NCBI GenBank assembly: GCA_965237955.1
Contig: OZ250169.1
Location: forward strand, 2,688,001-2,752,000
DNA: 64,000 bases
DNA from: Candidatus Marinacidobacterales bacterium
GTDB lineage: Bacteria > Acidobacteriota > Vicinamibacteria > Marinacidobacterales > SMYC01
Direction: 5' to 3'
Under the pieces are notes generated by a model. The model had not been told where the DNA came from. It did no database searches and worked only from the letters and a program-made list of their open reading frames with translations. Position numbers and translations under genes: made by a program. Below are positions 1-9,772 of the stretch, in pieces; within the stretch, counting starts at the first letter, position 1, and every line of letters starts with the position of its first letter.

Positions 1-35
1 TGAGTGAAAGTTGGTTACGCATGGTTGTCTGCTAC

Positions 36-1899
36 TCAGCGGTTCAGAAATCCGAATCCCACCATGAACTGAACTGCGTTGTTGCGATAGCTGAATTCGT
101 CCAAATTGGAATCACGCCGATCGTGGCGATAGTCCACACTCAGATACGATAGCGGCGTCCAGAAGTAGGCGATGCCGACGACGCCGCTGAACGCACGGTC
201 GCGGCGGTCGATGCCGGTAGCGACATCCGTGAGCGGATAGTTGTTCCCGAAAACGGCTGCGTTGGCGCTGAATCGAAGCTTCTCTACGATGGGGGCGACG
301 AATCGCACCGTCCCGTAGTTGGACAGGTAGAAACCGTTCTGCTGGAACGAGGACGGACTGGTCCTGCGCCCTATTGTAAAGTCGAGCGCGGACGCCGTGC
401 CGAACTGTCGCTTGAGACCGACGTCGGCGACGAGGCCGCTGTAGCTCTGGGCAACGATGGATTGCTCGAACGTCTGGTTCGTATAACCAACACGCACGCG
501 CCCGCTCAAGAGCGGAGTTACCTCTCCGCGCAAACCGAACAGGACGACGTTGGCGTCCGACTCCGCCTCGGGTCTGGTCGGGTCGGGACGCGTTGTCGCG
601 CGTACGTACTCGCCGACGAGACTGGTAAGAGGCGACAGGCTGTACAACACCGAGACGCCGAGGTTGGTTTGGTCGTAGTTGAAGAACTCGTTCGTCGGCT
701 CGATGAACTCGACGCGATTGAAGCTTCCGGAGATCTCCATCGCGTAGATGCCTTCGACGCGATTGCGATAGAACGGATCGGTGTTGGCGACGATCTCTCC
801 GCCCGGATCGAACTCGCGGCTTTCGAACGCCCCGTGAATGAAGTGGTTTCCGAAAGTGATCGATGATCGCGGCGTCGTCATGAACTTGGCGTTGACGTCG
901 ACCACGTTGGTGAAACTGTCTTGAAGCTCGAAGCGCTCGAACTCGCGGTAGCGGCCCTCGTACGAAATCTTGAACTCGTTTGCAGAATCGAGGAGCACTG
1001 CTGCCAGGCGCCCCCGCACCAAAGAGAGCGTTGTCGCTGAAGATGTCTTCGCTTTGCAGAAGCAAATTGCTGCCGCGGACGTAGCTCGCATCGATCGACG
1101 GTTGCAAGGCAAACCGCCCAACGCGGATGCCGATGACGGCTTCGTTGGGCACGATGTCTTCGATCGGGTTCACGTTGAAGAGCGTCTGCTGGTCTCCTAA
1201 CGGGGTCGGGAACAAGTTGAAAAAGAGCTCCTCGCTTGCACCGCTCGAGGGCGTGTCGCCGTCACCGGCGTCGTCGGAAGCACCGCTGTTCACCTCGGCG
1301 GGGTCGATTCCCACCGGCTCGCCGTCCGAGTCCTCGGTGGGCGGCGGCTCGAGCGGCAGAACCCCGAGAGCGGTGATCGCGACCGGTGCCATCGCGTCCG
1401 GCCTTCCGGCCTCGGCTGGGCTCGGGTCTTCCTGTGGAGGCTGTAGAGGCGGTGTAGGAGCGATCCGAGCGAGCGGTGACGGGACGACGACGGCTCCCTC
1501 GCGTTGGATGCGAACGAAAAGGTGCGCTTGGTTCTCGACGCCTACGACCGAACTCGCCTCGGTATCGAGCTCGATCTCGACCCGCGAGTAGATTTTGTTG
1601 CCGAGCTGCATCGGCCAGACTTGAAATCGTCGGCTGAACGGCGTCTCGACGTCGTACTTCGTCTCGAGCGGCGATAGGGCGGGAACGTCGAGCGTGAGCT
1701 TGTACGTCCCGTCGCCTTTCTTCCGATTGCTCAGAAACTCGGAAATGTCGCCGTCGGCGACGATGTGCACGACGTAGCTATCGCCTTCTTTCAAGGCGTA
1801 CATGTCCAACAGTTTCGCCTTCGGAACCTTCGGTCCCGCGAAAGCGGCTTCGCCGAGCGCGAGCGTGGCGAGAAGCAAGGTCGAGATAACGGTCTTCAT
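36..1899 (-). CDS. Outer-membrane beta-barrel (BBP2/EpsX-like) with signal peptide, N-terminal periplasmic domain and acidic Pro-rich linker; one frameshift near 1021
   Basis: ATG at 1899 overlaps the upstream stop (ATGA). Signal peptide MKTVISTLLLATLALGEAAFA. Frame switches at CTCTTTGGTG (~1021) into ORF 36..1121, which has alternating beta-strands and the terminal strand NAVQFMVGFGF. Confidence 0.75.
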
Positions 1900-3047
1900 A
1901 AGCCCTCCGCCGTTTCCGTGGAACGACGCACCGGAGCGTTCGAGCCGGTCCGTCCCCCGTTCCACTGAGTACCAACACGCATTCCACTGAGTACGAGCAC
2001 CGCCGCGACACTCGAGTACGTTGCAGTCCAGAGACTGCGCACCACCGAGGCGTGCGCGAGATTGAGAGCGCCCATGCCGAGGGCGAGTGTCATGAGAAAG
2101 AGAAACCTCACCGCCTGGGGCTCCGCGAGGCCCAAAGCGACGAGGCGATGGGAAAGATGGCAGCGGTCCCCACGATAGAGGGGCCGAGAGTCGCGCAAAC
2201 GGATGACGATGACCGAGAGCGTATCGATCAAGGGCACGGCCAGAACGAGAACCGGCATCAGCACCGGAAACAGCGTCGACGACGCGGGACTCACATAGTG
2301 CTCGAGGATCGTGAGAGACGAGAGCATGAAGCCGATGAACAGCGCGCCGCAATCTCCCATGAAGACCTTGGCCGGATGGAGATTGAATCGGAGAAAACCC
2401 AAGAGTGCGCCCATGAAGGCGGCGAGAATCAGGCACAAGAAGATTTCGCCGAGCGCGACCGCGTTCAGAAAAAAGATGAACACCGAGCTGACCGCGACAC
2501 CCGCTGACAGACCGTCCATGTTGTCGAGAAGGTTGAACGCGTTCGAGATACCGAGGATCCACACAAAGCTCAGAACCGCGTTGAGGGTCGCGATTCCCGT
2601 GAACTCGACTTGGATGCCGCAGGCGACGGGGATAGCGGCTGCGAGGCACTGGCCGCCGAACTTGATCCCGACGGGAAAGCGTTCACCCATGAGGTCGTCG
2701 ACCAGTCCCACCGCGAACATCACGAACGCGCCGGCGAGAAGACCGAACAACTGCAACTTCACGTTGTGCGCCGCGGACAACGCTGCCGCGATGCTCGGAA
2801 ACACGGCACGTACCTCGGCAATGCCCGTCACGTACGGGGCGAGGACGTACCCGATCAAGACCGTAAGCGTGAACGAGAGAAAGAACGCGATACCCCCGAG
2901 CCTCGGGATCGGACTCCCGTGTTGTTTGCGGCCACCGGGTTGGTCCAAAAAGCCGCGCGCATGGGCCAAACGCATGATCCGCGGGAGCAGCAACGTCGTG
3001 CCGACGAACGGGATGGCCAGCGTTAGCACGTAAAGGAGCGCTGACAT
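1896..3047 (-). CDS. MraY/WecA-family undecaprenyl-phosphate GlcNAc-1-phosphate transferase
   Basis: Motifs RKQH..PIPRLGG, GLVDD, NAFNLLDNMDGL, FMGDCG, DRCHLSHRL; multiple TM helices. Confidence 0.9.
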   Translation of the reverse strand: MSALLYVLTLAIPFVGTTLLLPRIMRLAHARGFLDQPGGRKQHGSPIPRLGGIAFFLSFTLTVLIGYVLAPYVTGIAEVRAVFPSIAAALSAAHNVKLQLFGLLAGAFVMFAVGLVDDLMGERFPVGIKFGGQCLAAAIPVACGIQVEFTGIATLNAVLSFVWILGISNAFNLLDNMDGLSAGVAVSSVFIFFLNAVALGEIFLCLILAAFMGALLGFLRFNLHPAKVFMGDCGALFIGFMLSSLTILEHYVSPASSTLFPVLMPVLVLAVPLIDTLSVIVIRLRDSRPLYRGDRCHLSHRLVALGLAEPQAVRFLFLMTLALGMGALNLAHASVVRSLWTATYSSVAAVLVLSGMRVGTQWNGGRTGSNAPVRRSTETAEGL

Positions 3048-3049
3048 AT

Positions 3050-3463
3050 TTATCGCTCCGCCTCCATCCACTGATGGGAAATACCAACGCCCCGAGGCGA
3101 GTTCCCCACGTGCTTTTCAGGGGCACCATCGGCCGCCATCCCGGGTCGGTATTTCCGTGTAAGCTCTTCTGAAATAGAGGTTTTACTTGAGCCGGGCACC
3201 TTCGTTGCCGGAGCTTTGGACCCGTCCTCGACGAAGATGCTCGTCTTCGGAGTTCCAGCCGGATTCGCCGTGTGGTCTTTCCCACCCATCGACGTGGCCG
3301 TCCACGGCGAGCTCGACCCGCAAGGCGGGTTGCCGCTGCCTGGGTTACCGGCGGTAGCGGACGAGCTGTTTTCCCATATCTCTTTCATGTTATTCATGTC
3401 AAGGGGGTTATCGGATCGGTCCACCGTGACACGCGTAAGCTGGGTCAGGGAGTGCCCATTCAT
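3050..3463 (-). CDS. Hypothetical Ser/Thr/Gly/Pro-rich, probably disordered small protein
   Basis: Open frame between a sigma-54-like promoter and the WecA-like gene, with the stop just upstream of the next ATG; no recognised domain. Confidence 0.4.
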   Translation of the reverse strand: MNGHSLTQLTRVTVDRSDNPLDMNNMKEIWENSSSATAGNPGSGNPPCGSSSPWTATSMGGKDHTANPAGTPKTSIFVEDGSKAPATKVPGSSKTSISEELTRKYRPGMAADGAPEKHVGNSPRGVGISHQWMEAER

Positions 3464-3504
3464 TTCAGGTTTCCGGAGTTGGTTCGGATCGGTACTTCTA
3501 ACTA

Positions 3505-3539
3505 AGCAGGATTCGTTCCAGCCGCGTAAATGGTTGAAA
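3505..3539 (-). promoter_or_regulatory. Sigma-54 (-24/-12) promoter with adjacent IHF-like site
   Basis: Minus strand CTGGAACGAATCCTGCT (GG-N10-GC) at 3521-3505; TTTCAACCATTTA (IHF-like WATCAAN4TTR) at 3539-3527 with an upstream A/T tract. Confidence 0.65.
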
Positions 3540-3549
3540 AATAAAGAAA

Positions 3550-4755
3550 TTATGTGCGACTGGGGGAAAACGCCGGCGTCACCGCCGCGATTCCCTTGAG
3601 GAGGAGGAGTTCGCGATAAACGGTTTCCGTATCGTGGATGAGGCGTTCCGAGCGGTATTGTTCGACCACCGCGGTGCGAGCTTCGGCGGCACGGGCTCGG
3701 GCGAGACTCGTGTCGTGGTTCTGGAGCGCTTCCGACAGCGCGGTCGCGAGCGCGTCCGCGTCGCCGGGCGGAACCAGGGTTCCGAGGGCCACGTCTCGTA
3801 GCAAGTCGGGGGTGCCGCCCACGGCCGTGGCCACCACGGGCACACCGGCGGCCATCGCCTCGATGAGGGCGACCGGGGTGCCTTCGTTGCGCGAGCTGTT
3901 GACGACGCAATCGAGGTCGGGATACACGTTCTCGAGCTCCGAGAGAAAGCCGGTGAAGTGGACGCGTGACGCGAGGCCGAGCTCGTCACGAAGCTGTTCG
4001 AGGCGCGAGCGCTCGGGACCGTCGCCGATGAGCGCGACGTGCACGTCGTCGACTCGTTCGACGGCGCTGAGGAGCGTTTGCAAATCCTTGACGGGTGCGA
4101 GTCGGCCAACAGAGCCTATGAGCTTAACGTTCTGGTTGAGCCCGAGGCGTCGTCTAAGAGCTCCCGGTCGCGAACGGGTAGCGTCTATTAGTCCATCGAG
4201 CTCTAGCCCGAGAGGGATGGTGTGAATTCCGTGACGAGGTCTCAGCCGATGTGCCACGAGCTCTTCGGCGACGGCCGGGCTGATACCGATGATCGCATCG
4301 GTGATGCGCGCCAGAAACCGTTCCGCAGTTTTGTAGATGTGCGAGCCGAGAGCGCCGAAATAGCCGGAGAACACCGAACCGTGGAAGGTATGGACCACGA
4401 CGGGCACGCCGGTCACGAACGCTGCTAGCCGTCCGAGGGCACCAGCTTTGGCCGTATGCGTATGCACGACGTGCGGGCGCTCGCGCATCATGAGGCGACA
4501 GAGCACGATGAAGCTACGTAGATCTCGAATCGGACGAATCGATCGGCTCAGGGTTGGCACCACGATGGGAGCGACGTTCTTGGACTCCGCGAGATCGAGA
4601 AAGCTTCCCTCGCGATCACCCTCACGCCCTACGACGAGTGTGGTTTGGTAACGTTGCCGATCCAGTCCCGCGGTGAGCAGCACAACGTGGATCGAGGGGC
4701 CGCCGATATTGAGGCGGGAGAAAATCCGCAGCACGCGAATTTTTTCATCCGCCAC
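3550..4755 (-). CDS. Glycosyltransferase family 4
   Basis: RLNIGGP N-terminus, HTHTAKAG, VGRLAPVK, EGTPVALIEAMAAG (EX7E). Confidence 0.92.
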   Translation of the reverse strand: MADEKIRVLRIFSRLNIGGPSIHVVLLTAGLDRQRYQTTLVVGREGDREGSFLDLAESKNVAPIVVPTLSRSIRPIRDLRSFIVLCRLMMRERPHVVHTHTAKAGALGRLAAFVTGVPVVVHTFHGSVFSGYFGALGSHIYKTAERFLARITDAIIGISPAVAEELVAHRLRPRHGIHTIPLGLELDGLIDATRSRPGALRRRLGLNQNVKLIGSVGRLAPVKDLQTLLSAVERVDDVHVALIGDGPERSRLEQLRDELGLASRVHFTGFLSELENVYPDLDCVVNSSRNEGTPVALIEAMAAGVPVVATAVGGTPDLLRDVALGTLVPPGDADALATALSEALQNHDTSLARARAAEARTAVVEQYRSERLIHDTETVYRELLLLKGIAAVTPAFSPSRT

Positions 4756-4771
4756 TTTGTTTACCCGTCAT

Positions 4772-6493
4772 TTACTTGTCGGGCGAGCCCGGATGCGGGA
4801 CCCACACGTTCTCCATGACCAGAGCGTCGACGCTCGAGCGGAGGAACGTGTTCACGGCCTCTTCGGGCGTGCACACGATCGGCTCTTGAATATTGAACGA
4901 CGTGTTCAACACGACCGGGACGCCGGAGGCTCGCTCAAACTCGTGGATGAGCTCCCAGTACAGAGGCTCGGTGGCCTTCGACACGGTTTGGGGGCGAGCG
5001 GTGCCGTCGACATGGACGACGGCGGGAATCTCGTCGCGTTTGCTCGCGACGACCGGTAGCACGAGCAGCATGTACGGTGAGCTCACCGCATTACCGAAGT
5101 AGCGTGGCGCCGCCTCTTCGAGCATGGACGGTGCGAACGGGCGAAACGGTTCACGAAGCTTGATGCGCTCGTTGAGGATTTCTTTCATCTTGGGATTGCG
5201 CGGATCCGCAAGGAAGCTCCGGTGGCCGAGTGCTCTCGGACCCCACTCCATGCGACCTTGGAACCAGGCGAGGATCTTTCCGTCCGCGAGCGCCCGCGCG
5301 GCTTTTTTCGGAAGCTCGTCACGCGGAATCTCTTCGTGCGCGAGCTCTTTCGCGCGTGCCGAGGCGAGGCAACGCTCAGTGCTGTATCCCGGACCCAGGT
5401 ACGCGTCCTGCATTGAGTACCGGCGTGGCTCGCGGAGTTTTTCGTGCAAGACATAAAGCGCCGAGCCGAGCGCGCCGCCGGCATCGTTCGCCGCCGGTTG
5501 AATGAAGAGCTCTTCGAACGGGCTTTCTCGCAGAATGCGTCCGTTCATGACCGAGTTCAACGCGACGCCACCCGCGAGACAGAGCCGTTTCTCGCCAGTG
5601 CGCCGGTGGAGATCGACGAGCATGTGCAACACGGTCTCCTCGAGCACTTTCTGAACGCTCGCCGCGACGTTGTAGTGGCGTTCGGTGATCTCCTCGTCGG
5701 GCCCCCGGGGGGCGCCGAATACGCTCGTGATCTTCTCCGGGTACTCGTGGTGTTTCGCCAGGTGGTGGTCCAGGTAGGTGATGTCCAGCTTGGACGAGCC
5801 CCCTCCGTTGGCGAGGAGCACGTTCTCGCGGAGAAAGTCGTAGTACTCCGGCTCGCCGTACGCGGCCATTCCCATGACTTTGTACTCGTCGCCTTGGAAC
5901 ATGTCGAAGCCGAGGAAGTTCGTGGCAGCGGAGTAGAACTGGCCGAGCGAGTGAGGAAGCTTGACCCGATTCAGAACCCGAATTCGATTCCCTTCGCCGA
6001 CGCTCGCCATCGTCGTGGTGCTCTCACCGGTGCCATCGAGAGTGAGGATTGCGGCTTTGTCGAACGGAGAGGCGTAGAACGCGCTCGCTGCATGGCCAAT
6101 GTGATGCTCGATGTAGTGGATGGTCGCGTCGTGCTCGCCGAAAGCTTCGGACAGCGTGGCCTTGAGCTGGAACATCTTTCGATAGTGCCCGCCGACTTGT
6201 TGCGCCCCGCGCTTCGCGCGCGCCTGGAACAATCGCGGGCTCTTGAGCAAGATCGGAATCGTGTGGCCGATTCGGTGTCCGAGCATCCATGGACGCCAGT
6301 AGTGGGCGACGTGATCTACTTCGGCGAGCGAGATGCCTGCGCTCTGGAGGCACGACTTGACCGCCTCGTATGGAAAACCGATGTGGTGTTTCGCACGGGA
6401 AAAGCGCTCTTCCTCAGCCGCGTGAACGAGCTCGCCGTTCCAAAACAAGGCCGCGGCGGATTCACCCATCGTTGTCAGACCGAGCACATACAT
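4772..6493 (-). CDS. O-carbamoyltransferase (NodU/CmcH/NovN/TobZ family)
   Basis: EEERFSRAKH, EHHIGHAASAF, EYKVMGMAAYG, AGGVALN, EWGPRALGHRS, REPFRPFAP, LNTSFN. Confidence 0.93.
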   Translation of the reverse strand: MYVLGLTTMGESAAALFWNGELVHAAEEERFSRAKHHIGFPYEAVKSCLQSAGISLAEVDHVAHYWRPWMLGHRIGHTIPILLKSPRLFQARAKRGAQQVGGHYRKMFQLKATLSEAFGEHDATIHYIEHHIGHAASAFYASPFDKAAILTLDGTGESTTTMASVGEGNRIRVLNRVKLPHSLGQFYSAATNFLGFDMFQGDEYKVMGMAAYGEPEYYDFLRENVLLANGGGSSKLDITYLDHHLAKHHEYPEKITSVFGAPRGPDEEITERHYNVAASVQKVLEETVLHMLVDLHRRTGEKRLCLAGGVALNSVMNGRILRESPFEELFIQPAANDAGGALGSALYVLHEKLREPRRYSMQDAYLGPGYSTERCLASARAKELAHEEIPRDELPKKAARALADGKILAWFQGRMEWGPRALGHRSFLADPRNPKMKEILNERIKLREPFRPFAPSMLEEAAPRYFGNAVSSPYMLLVLPVVASKRDEIPAVVHVDGTARPQTVSKATEPLYWELIHEFERASGVPVVLNTSFNIQEPIVCTPEEAVNTFLRSSVDALVMENVWVPHPGSPDK

Positions 6494-6522
6494 AGTTGGA
6501 GTTTTCCTTCCTGAAGGCCCCG

Positions 6523-8379
6523 TCAAAAAGTCCTGAGCCAGGTCGAAAGCGTCAGCAGGCAGAAGAGCTGTTGGCTGCGATCACGTGCGCCGCCCATGTG
6601 CTCGTGCACCACGGAGCGCACGGCGTCTTCCCGCAGATAGTCGAAAACGGGAGCGCCTTCGGATGCAAGGTGTGACTCGACGAGTCCCTTGAGCTCGCGA
6701 CCGAACCAAACGCCGAGCGGTACGCCGAAACCCATCTTGCGTCGATGAGTGATCCGTTCGGGGACGAGGTCTTTGAACGCTTCGCGCAGTACCCGCTTGG
6801 TCGTGAGCCCGCGTACCTTGAAACGGTCGGGAAGCCGTCCGGCGAACTCCGTCAATTGAGCATCGAGAAACGGGGAGCGCGCCTCGAGGCCGTGGGCCAT
6901 GCTCATGCGATCCGCTTTGACGAGGAGATCCTCGGGGAGGTATGTGCAGTAGTTCAGATACAGGAGCCGAGCGAGCGGTGTTTCGCCTTCGACTTCGCTC
7001 AAAAAACTCTCGAAGTGTCGATGGGTGTCGATCGAACCGCTCTGCCGCAGAAGCGAGGGGAGCTCATGTGCTCGGAAGAAGCTGCACCAGGATTGGATCC
7101 GCTCGCCCAGGGGTAGGGCAGACGCGTCGAGAAACGCGCGGACGCGGCGAAGTGTGCCGGCGTGAGCGCTCGGCGCCGGCAGCAAGTGTCCACCGAGCGC
7201 GGCCATTCGCCGAAGCGGTCGCGGGATACGCTCGCTGAGCGCTGCGGCGACGAGACGCGAATAGCCGGCGAAGAGCTCGTCGCCTCCATCGCCGTTCAGG
7301 ACTACGGTAACATCTTTCCGCGCGAGCTCGGAGACGATGAAGGTGGGGATTGCCGAGGAGTCCCCGAACGGACCGTCGTGGTGGCGGAGGAGCTTGTCGA
7401 ACAACTCTGGCTCCGGGGGCTTGACTCGAAAACTCGTGTGCTCGCTCCCGAACGCGCGGGCTGCCTCCTCCGCGTATTCGACCTCGTCGTAATCGGGCGC
7501 GTCCTCGAAACCGATACTGAACGTTTTCACGGGGTGCTGTGACATCTCGCTCATCAGACCCACGACGATGGTCGAGTCCAGGCCGCCGCTGAGAAAAGCG
7601 CCGAGCGGTACGTCGGCGATGAGACGCTTTCGGACCGCCTCCCGCATCAACGGCCTCAGCCGCTCTGCTGCTTCGGGAAGCTCGCGGAGGCCGTTGGCTT
7701 GGTAAGGGGGTGTCCAATATCGGTGCGAGATTTTTCTGCCCTCGCCGTCGATGACGATCCACGTTGCGGGCGCGAGTGCATGCACGTTCGCGTACGCGGT
7801 CTTGGGCGCCGGGAAGTAGCCGAAGCTCAGATAGAGCCCGAGCGCGTCGAGGTGCGGTTCGCGAGCGACCGCGGGGTGACGATGGAGGGCTTTGATCTCG
7901 GAAGCGAAGAGGAAGTGCCGGCCGTCGTGGTAGTAAAAGAGCGGTTTTTGTCCGGCGCGGTCGCGCGCGAGCAGGAGCCGGTCGCGCTTTTTGTCCCACA
8001 CCGCGAGCGCGAACATGCCGTCCAAGCGGCGGATCGCGCTCTCTCGATCCCGCTCGATGAGCTTCAGCACGACCTCGGTATCGCTTTGAGTGCGAAAGCG
8101 CACGCCACAGGCTTCGAGCTCGCGCCGAAGCTCCCGGAAGTTGTAGACCTCACCGTTGAAGACGATGGCGAGGTCGCGCGCCTCGTTCCACATTGGCTGG
8201 TCGGCTCGCTTCGAAAGGTCGATGATACGTAACCGGCGATGGCCGAGACCGGCGCGAGCCGAAATCGAAATGCCGGACCCGTCGGGTCCGCGATGAGCGA
8301 GTGTCTTCGTCATCGTCTCGAGGGTCGAGCGCGACGTTTTGCTCCCGCCGAAGTCGAGACTACCGGTGATGCCACACAT
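6523..8379 (-). CDS. asnB: Asparagine synthase (glutamine-hydrolysing), glycan amidotransferase type
   Basis: N-terminal MCGITG, HRGPDG, NGEVYN, LSGGLDS, GDGGDELFAGY, RRKMGF. Confidence 0.93.
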   Translation of the reverse strand: MCGITGSLDFGGSKTSRSTLETMTKTLAHRGPDGSGISISARAGLGHRRLRIIDLSKRADQPMWNEARDLAIVFNGEVYNFRELRRELEACGVRFRTQSDTEVVLKLIERDRESAIRRLDGMFALAVWDKKRDRLLLARDRAGQKPLFYYHDGRHFLFASEIKALHRHPAVAREPHLDALGLYLSFGYFPAPKTAYANVHALAPATWIVIDGEGRKISHRYWTPPYQANGLRELPEAAERLRPLMREAVRKRLIADVPLGAFLSGGLDSTIVVGLMSEMSQHPVKTFSIGFEDAPDYDEVEYAEEAARAFGSEHTSFRVKPPEPELFDKLLRHHDGPFGDSSAIPTFIVSELARKDVTVVLNGDGGDELFAGYSRLVAAALSERIPRPLRRMAALGGHLLPAPSAHAGTLRRVRAFLDASALPLGERIQSWCSFFRAHELPSLLRQSGSIDTHRHFESFLSEVEGETPLARLLYLNYCTYLPEDLLVKADRMSMAHGLEARSPFLDAQLTEFAGRLPDRFKVRGLTTKRVLREAFKDLVPERITHRRKMGFGVPLGVWFGRELKGLVESHLASEGAPVFDYLREDAVRSVVHEHMGGARDRSQQLFCLLTLSTWLRTF

Positions 8380-8383
8380 GGCC

Positions 8384-9712
8384 CTAGCCGACTCCTGCGA
8401 CGGATTCCCGGCGCGCTTCATCCTCCGGAAAGGCCAGGCTTCGATAGATCGACAGGAACCGGCGGGCGCCGTCCTCGAGGGCGAAGTATTTCTCCGCGGT
8501 CGCGCGACAACTCGCGCGCGCGTCGGCGGGGACATCATCGCCGTCGAGCAAAGTGAGCGCTTGGCGGGCGGCGGCCTTCAAGTCGGCCTCCGTCAAACCA
8601 GGGACGAGCACGCCGCACCGGTTGGCGCCGAGTATCTTGTCCACGTCACCCACACCCGTGTTCGTCACCACCGGCACACCACACGCGAGAAATTCCGCGA
8701 GCTTCGTGTAGCTCGAAGCTTTCGCGGCGTAGCTCGGGCGAAGAAAGAAGACCCCGAGGCGAAACGTCGACAGCCACCGGGGAATGTCGCTCGGATCGAC
8801 GGAGGCGACGAGCAAGTCTTCGTCTCGAAGTCCGGCTTCTTGCGCGAGAGTGCGAACCAGCGATTCATCTTGGCGGGTCAGGTAGACAAAGTGAGTGTCG
8901 GGACGGTGCGATTTGACGTGAAAGGCAAAGCGAAACATCTCCGGCAACATGTAACGCTTGTTGACGGCGCCGATGTTGCCGATGACGAGCTTGTCTCGGA
9001 GCCCGAGCTCGCTCGTGAGCTCCCGATCTGCCGGCGCTGGACGGAATCGCTCGAGGTCCGTACAGCAAGGAATAACGGTGATGGGCTTCTCGCACACGGC
9101 TCGTCGCGCGACCATCCGAGCGTTCGCTTCGCCATCGCGCAGGATCTCTTTTGCGCTTTCGGTCAGCACCACGACGTGATCCGAGATGCCGAGAAGAAAC
9201 CGCTCACATCGCTTGCTCAGGCGATAGAGCAGTCCCTGGGGACGAAAGAGCTCCATCTCGACGCACTCTTCGGGCCAGAAGCCTCGCATGTCGAAGACGA
9301 AGCGCGTGCCGAAGAGAAACTTCAAGCTGCACCCGATGAGGCCCGGCAGGTAACTGCGCGCGTGGACGATGTGAACGCGCCGAGCTCGCGCCATACGGAT
9401 CGCAGTGAGGGCACCCACGACAACGTCCAAGAACGTGCCGGCCACGCGAGGCCGCTTGTGATAACGGAGAGGTGTCCACTCGATTCCCCTGGCGTCGAGT
9501 CGATCCCGTAGTTCGCGCCTTCGACTGGCGTCGTCGAGATCCGAAGCCTTCTCGAACGAGAGCACCCGCATGCGGACGCCGGATGCCGCGAGCGCGCACA
9601 CGTAGGGCACGACCTGAGACCTCCCCATGGGCTCCAACAGCCCGGCGTAAGAGATGTAGAGGCTTTCCAGGTGCTCTGCTTTCAAACTGCCGTCGCCGCA
9701 CGCGTCGAGCAT
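8384..9712 (-). CDS. Glycosyltransferase family 4-like
   Basis: YISYAGLLEPMGRSQV, VHARSY, FDMRGFW, TKLAEFLACGVPV. Confidence 0.88.
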   Translation of the reverse strand: MLDACGDGSLKAEHLESLYISYAGLLEPMGRSQVVPYVCALAASGVRMRVLSFEKASDLDDASRRRELRDRLDARGIEWTPLRYHKRPRVAGTFLDVVVGALTAIRMARARRVHIVHARSYLPGLIGCSLKFLFGTRFVFDMRGFWPEECVEMELFRPQGLLYRLSKRCERFLLGISDHVVVLTESAKEILRDGEANARMVARRAVCEKPITVIPCCTDLERFRPAPADRELTSELGLRDKLVIGNIGAVNKRYMLPEMFRFAFHVKSHRPDTHFVYLTRQDESLVRTLAQEAGLRDEDLLVASVDPSDIPRWLSTFRLGVFFLRPSYAAKASSYTKLAEFLACGVPVVTNTGVGDVDKILGANRCGVLVPGLTEADLKAAARQALTLLDGDDVPADARASCRATAEKYFALEDGARRFLSIYRSLAFPEDEARRESVAGVG

Positions 9713-9724
9713 CGAATATGACCT

Positions 9725-9758
9725 AGCAACACCTATGCCACATGGTAACTGACTGAAC
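9725..9758 (-). promoter_or_regulatory. Sigma-54 promoter with IHF-like site upstream of the GT4-asnB-carbamoyltransferase-GT4 genes
   Basis: Minus strand TGGCATAGGTGTTGCT (9740-9725), near consensus; GTTCAGTCAGTTA at 9758-9746. Confidence 0.7.
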
Positions 9759-9772
9759 CTAGACGAGATTTT

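Noticed and set aside
3050-8379. Lasso peptide/RiPP cluster (AsnB-like cyclase plus small ORF)
   Set aside because: AsnB has an intact N-terminal Cys glutaminase domain, there is no B1/B2 peptidase or RRE, and the context is glycosyltransferases.
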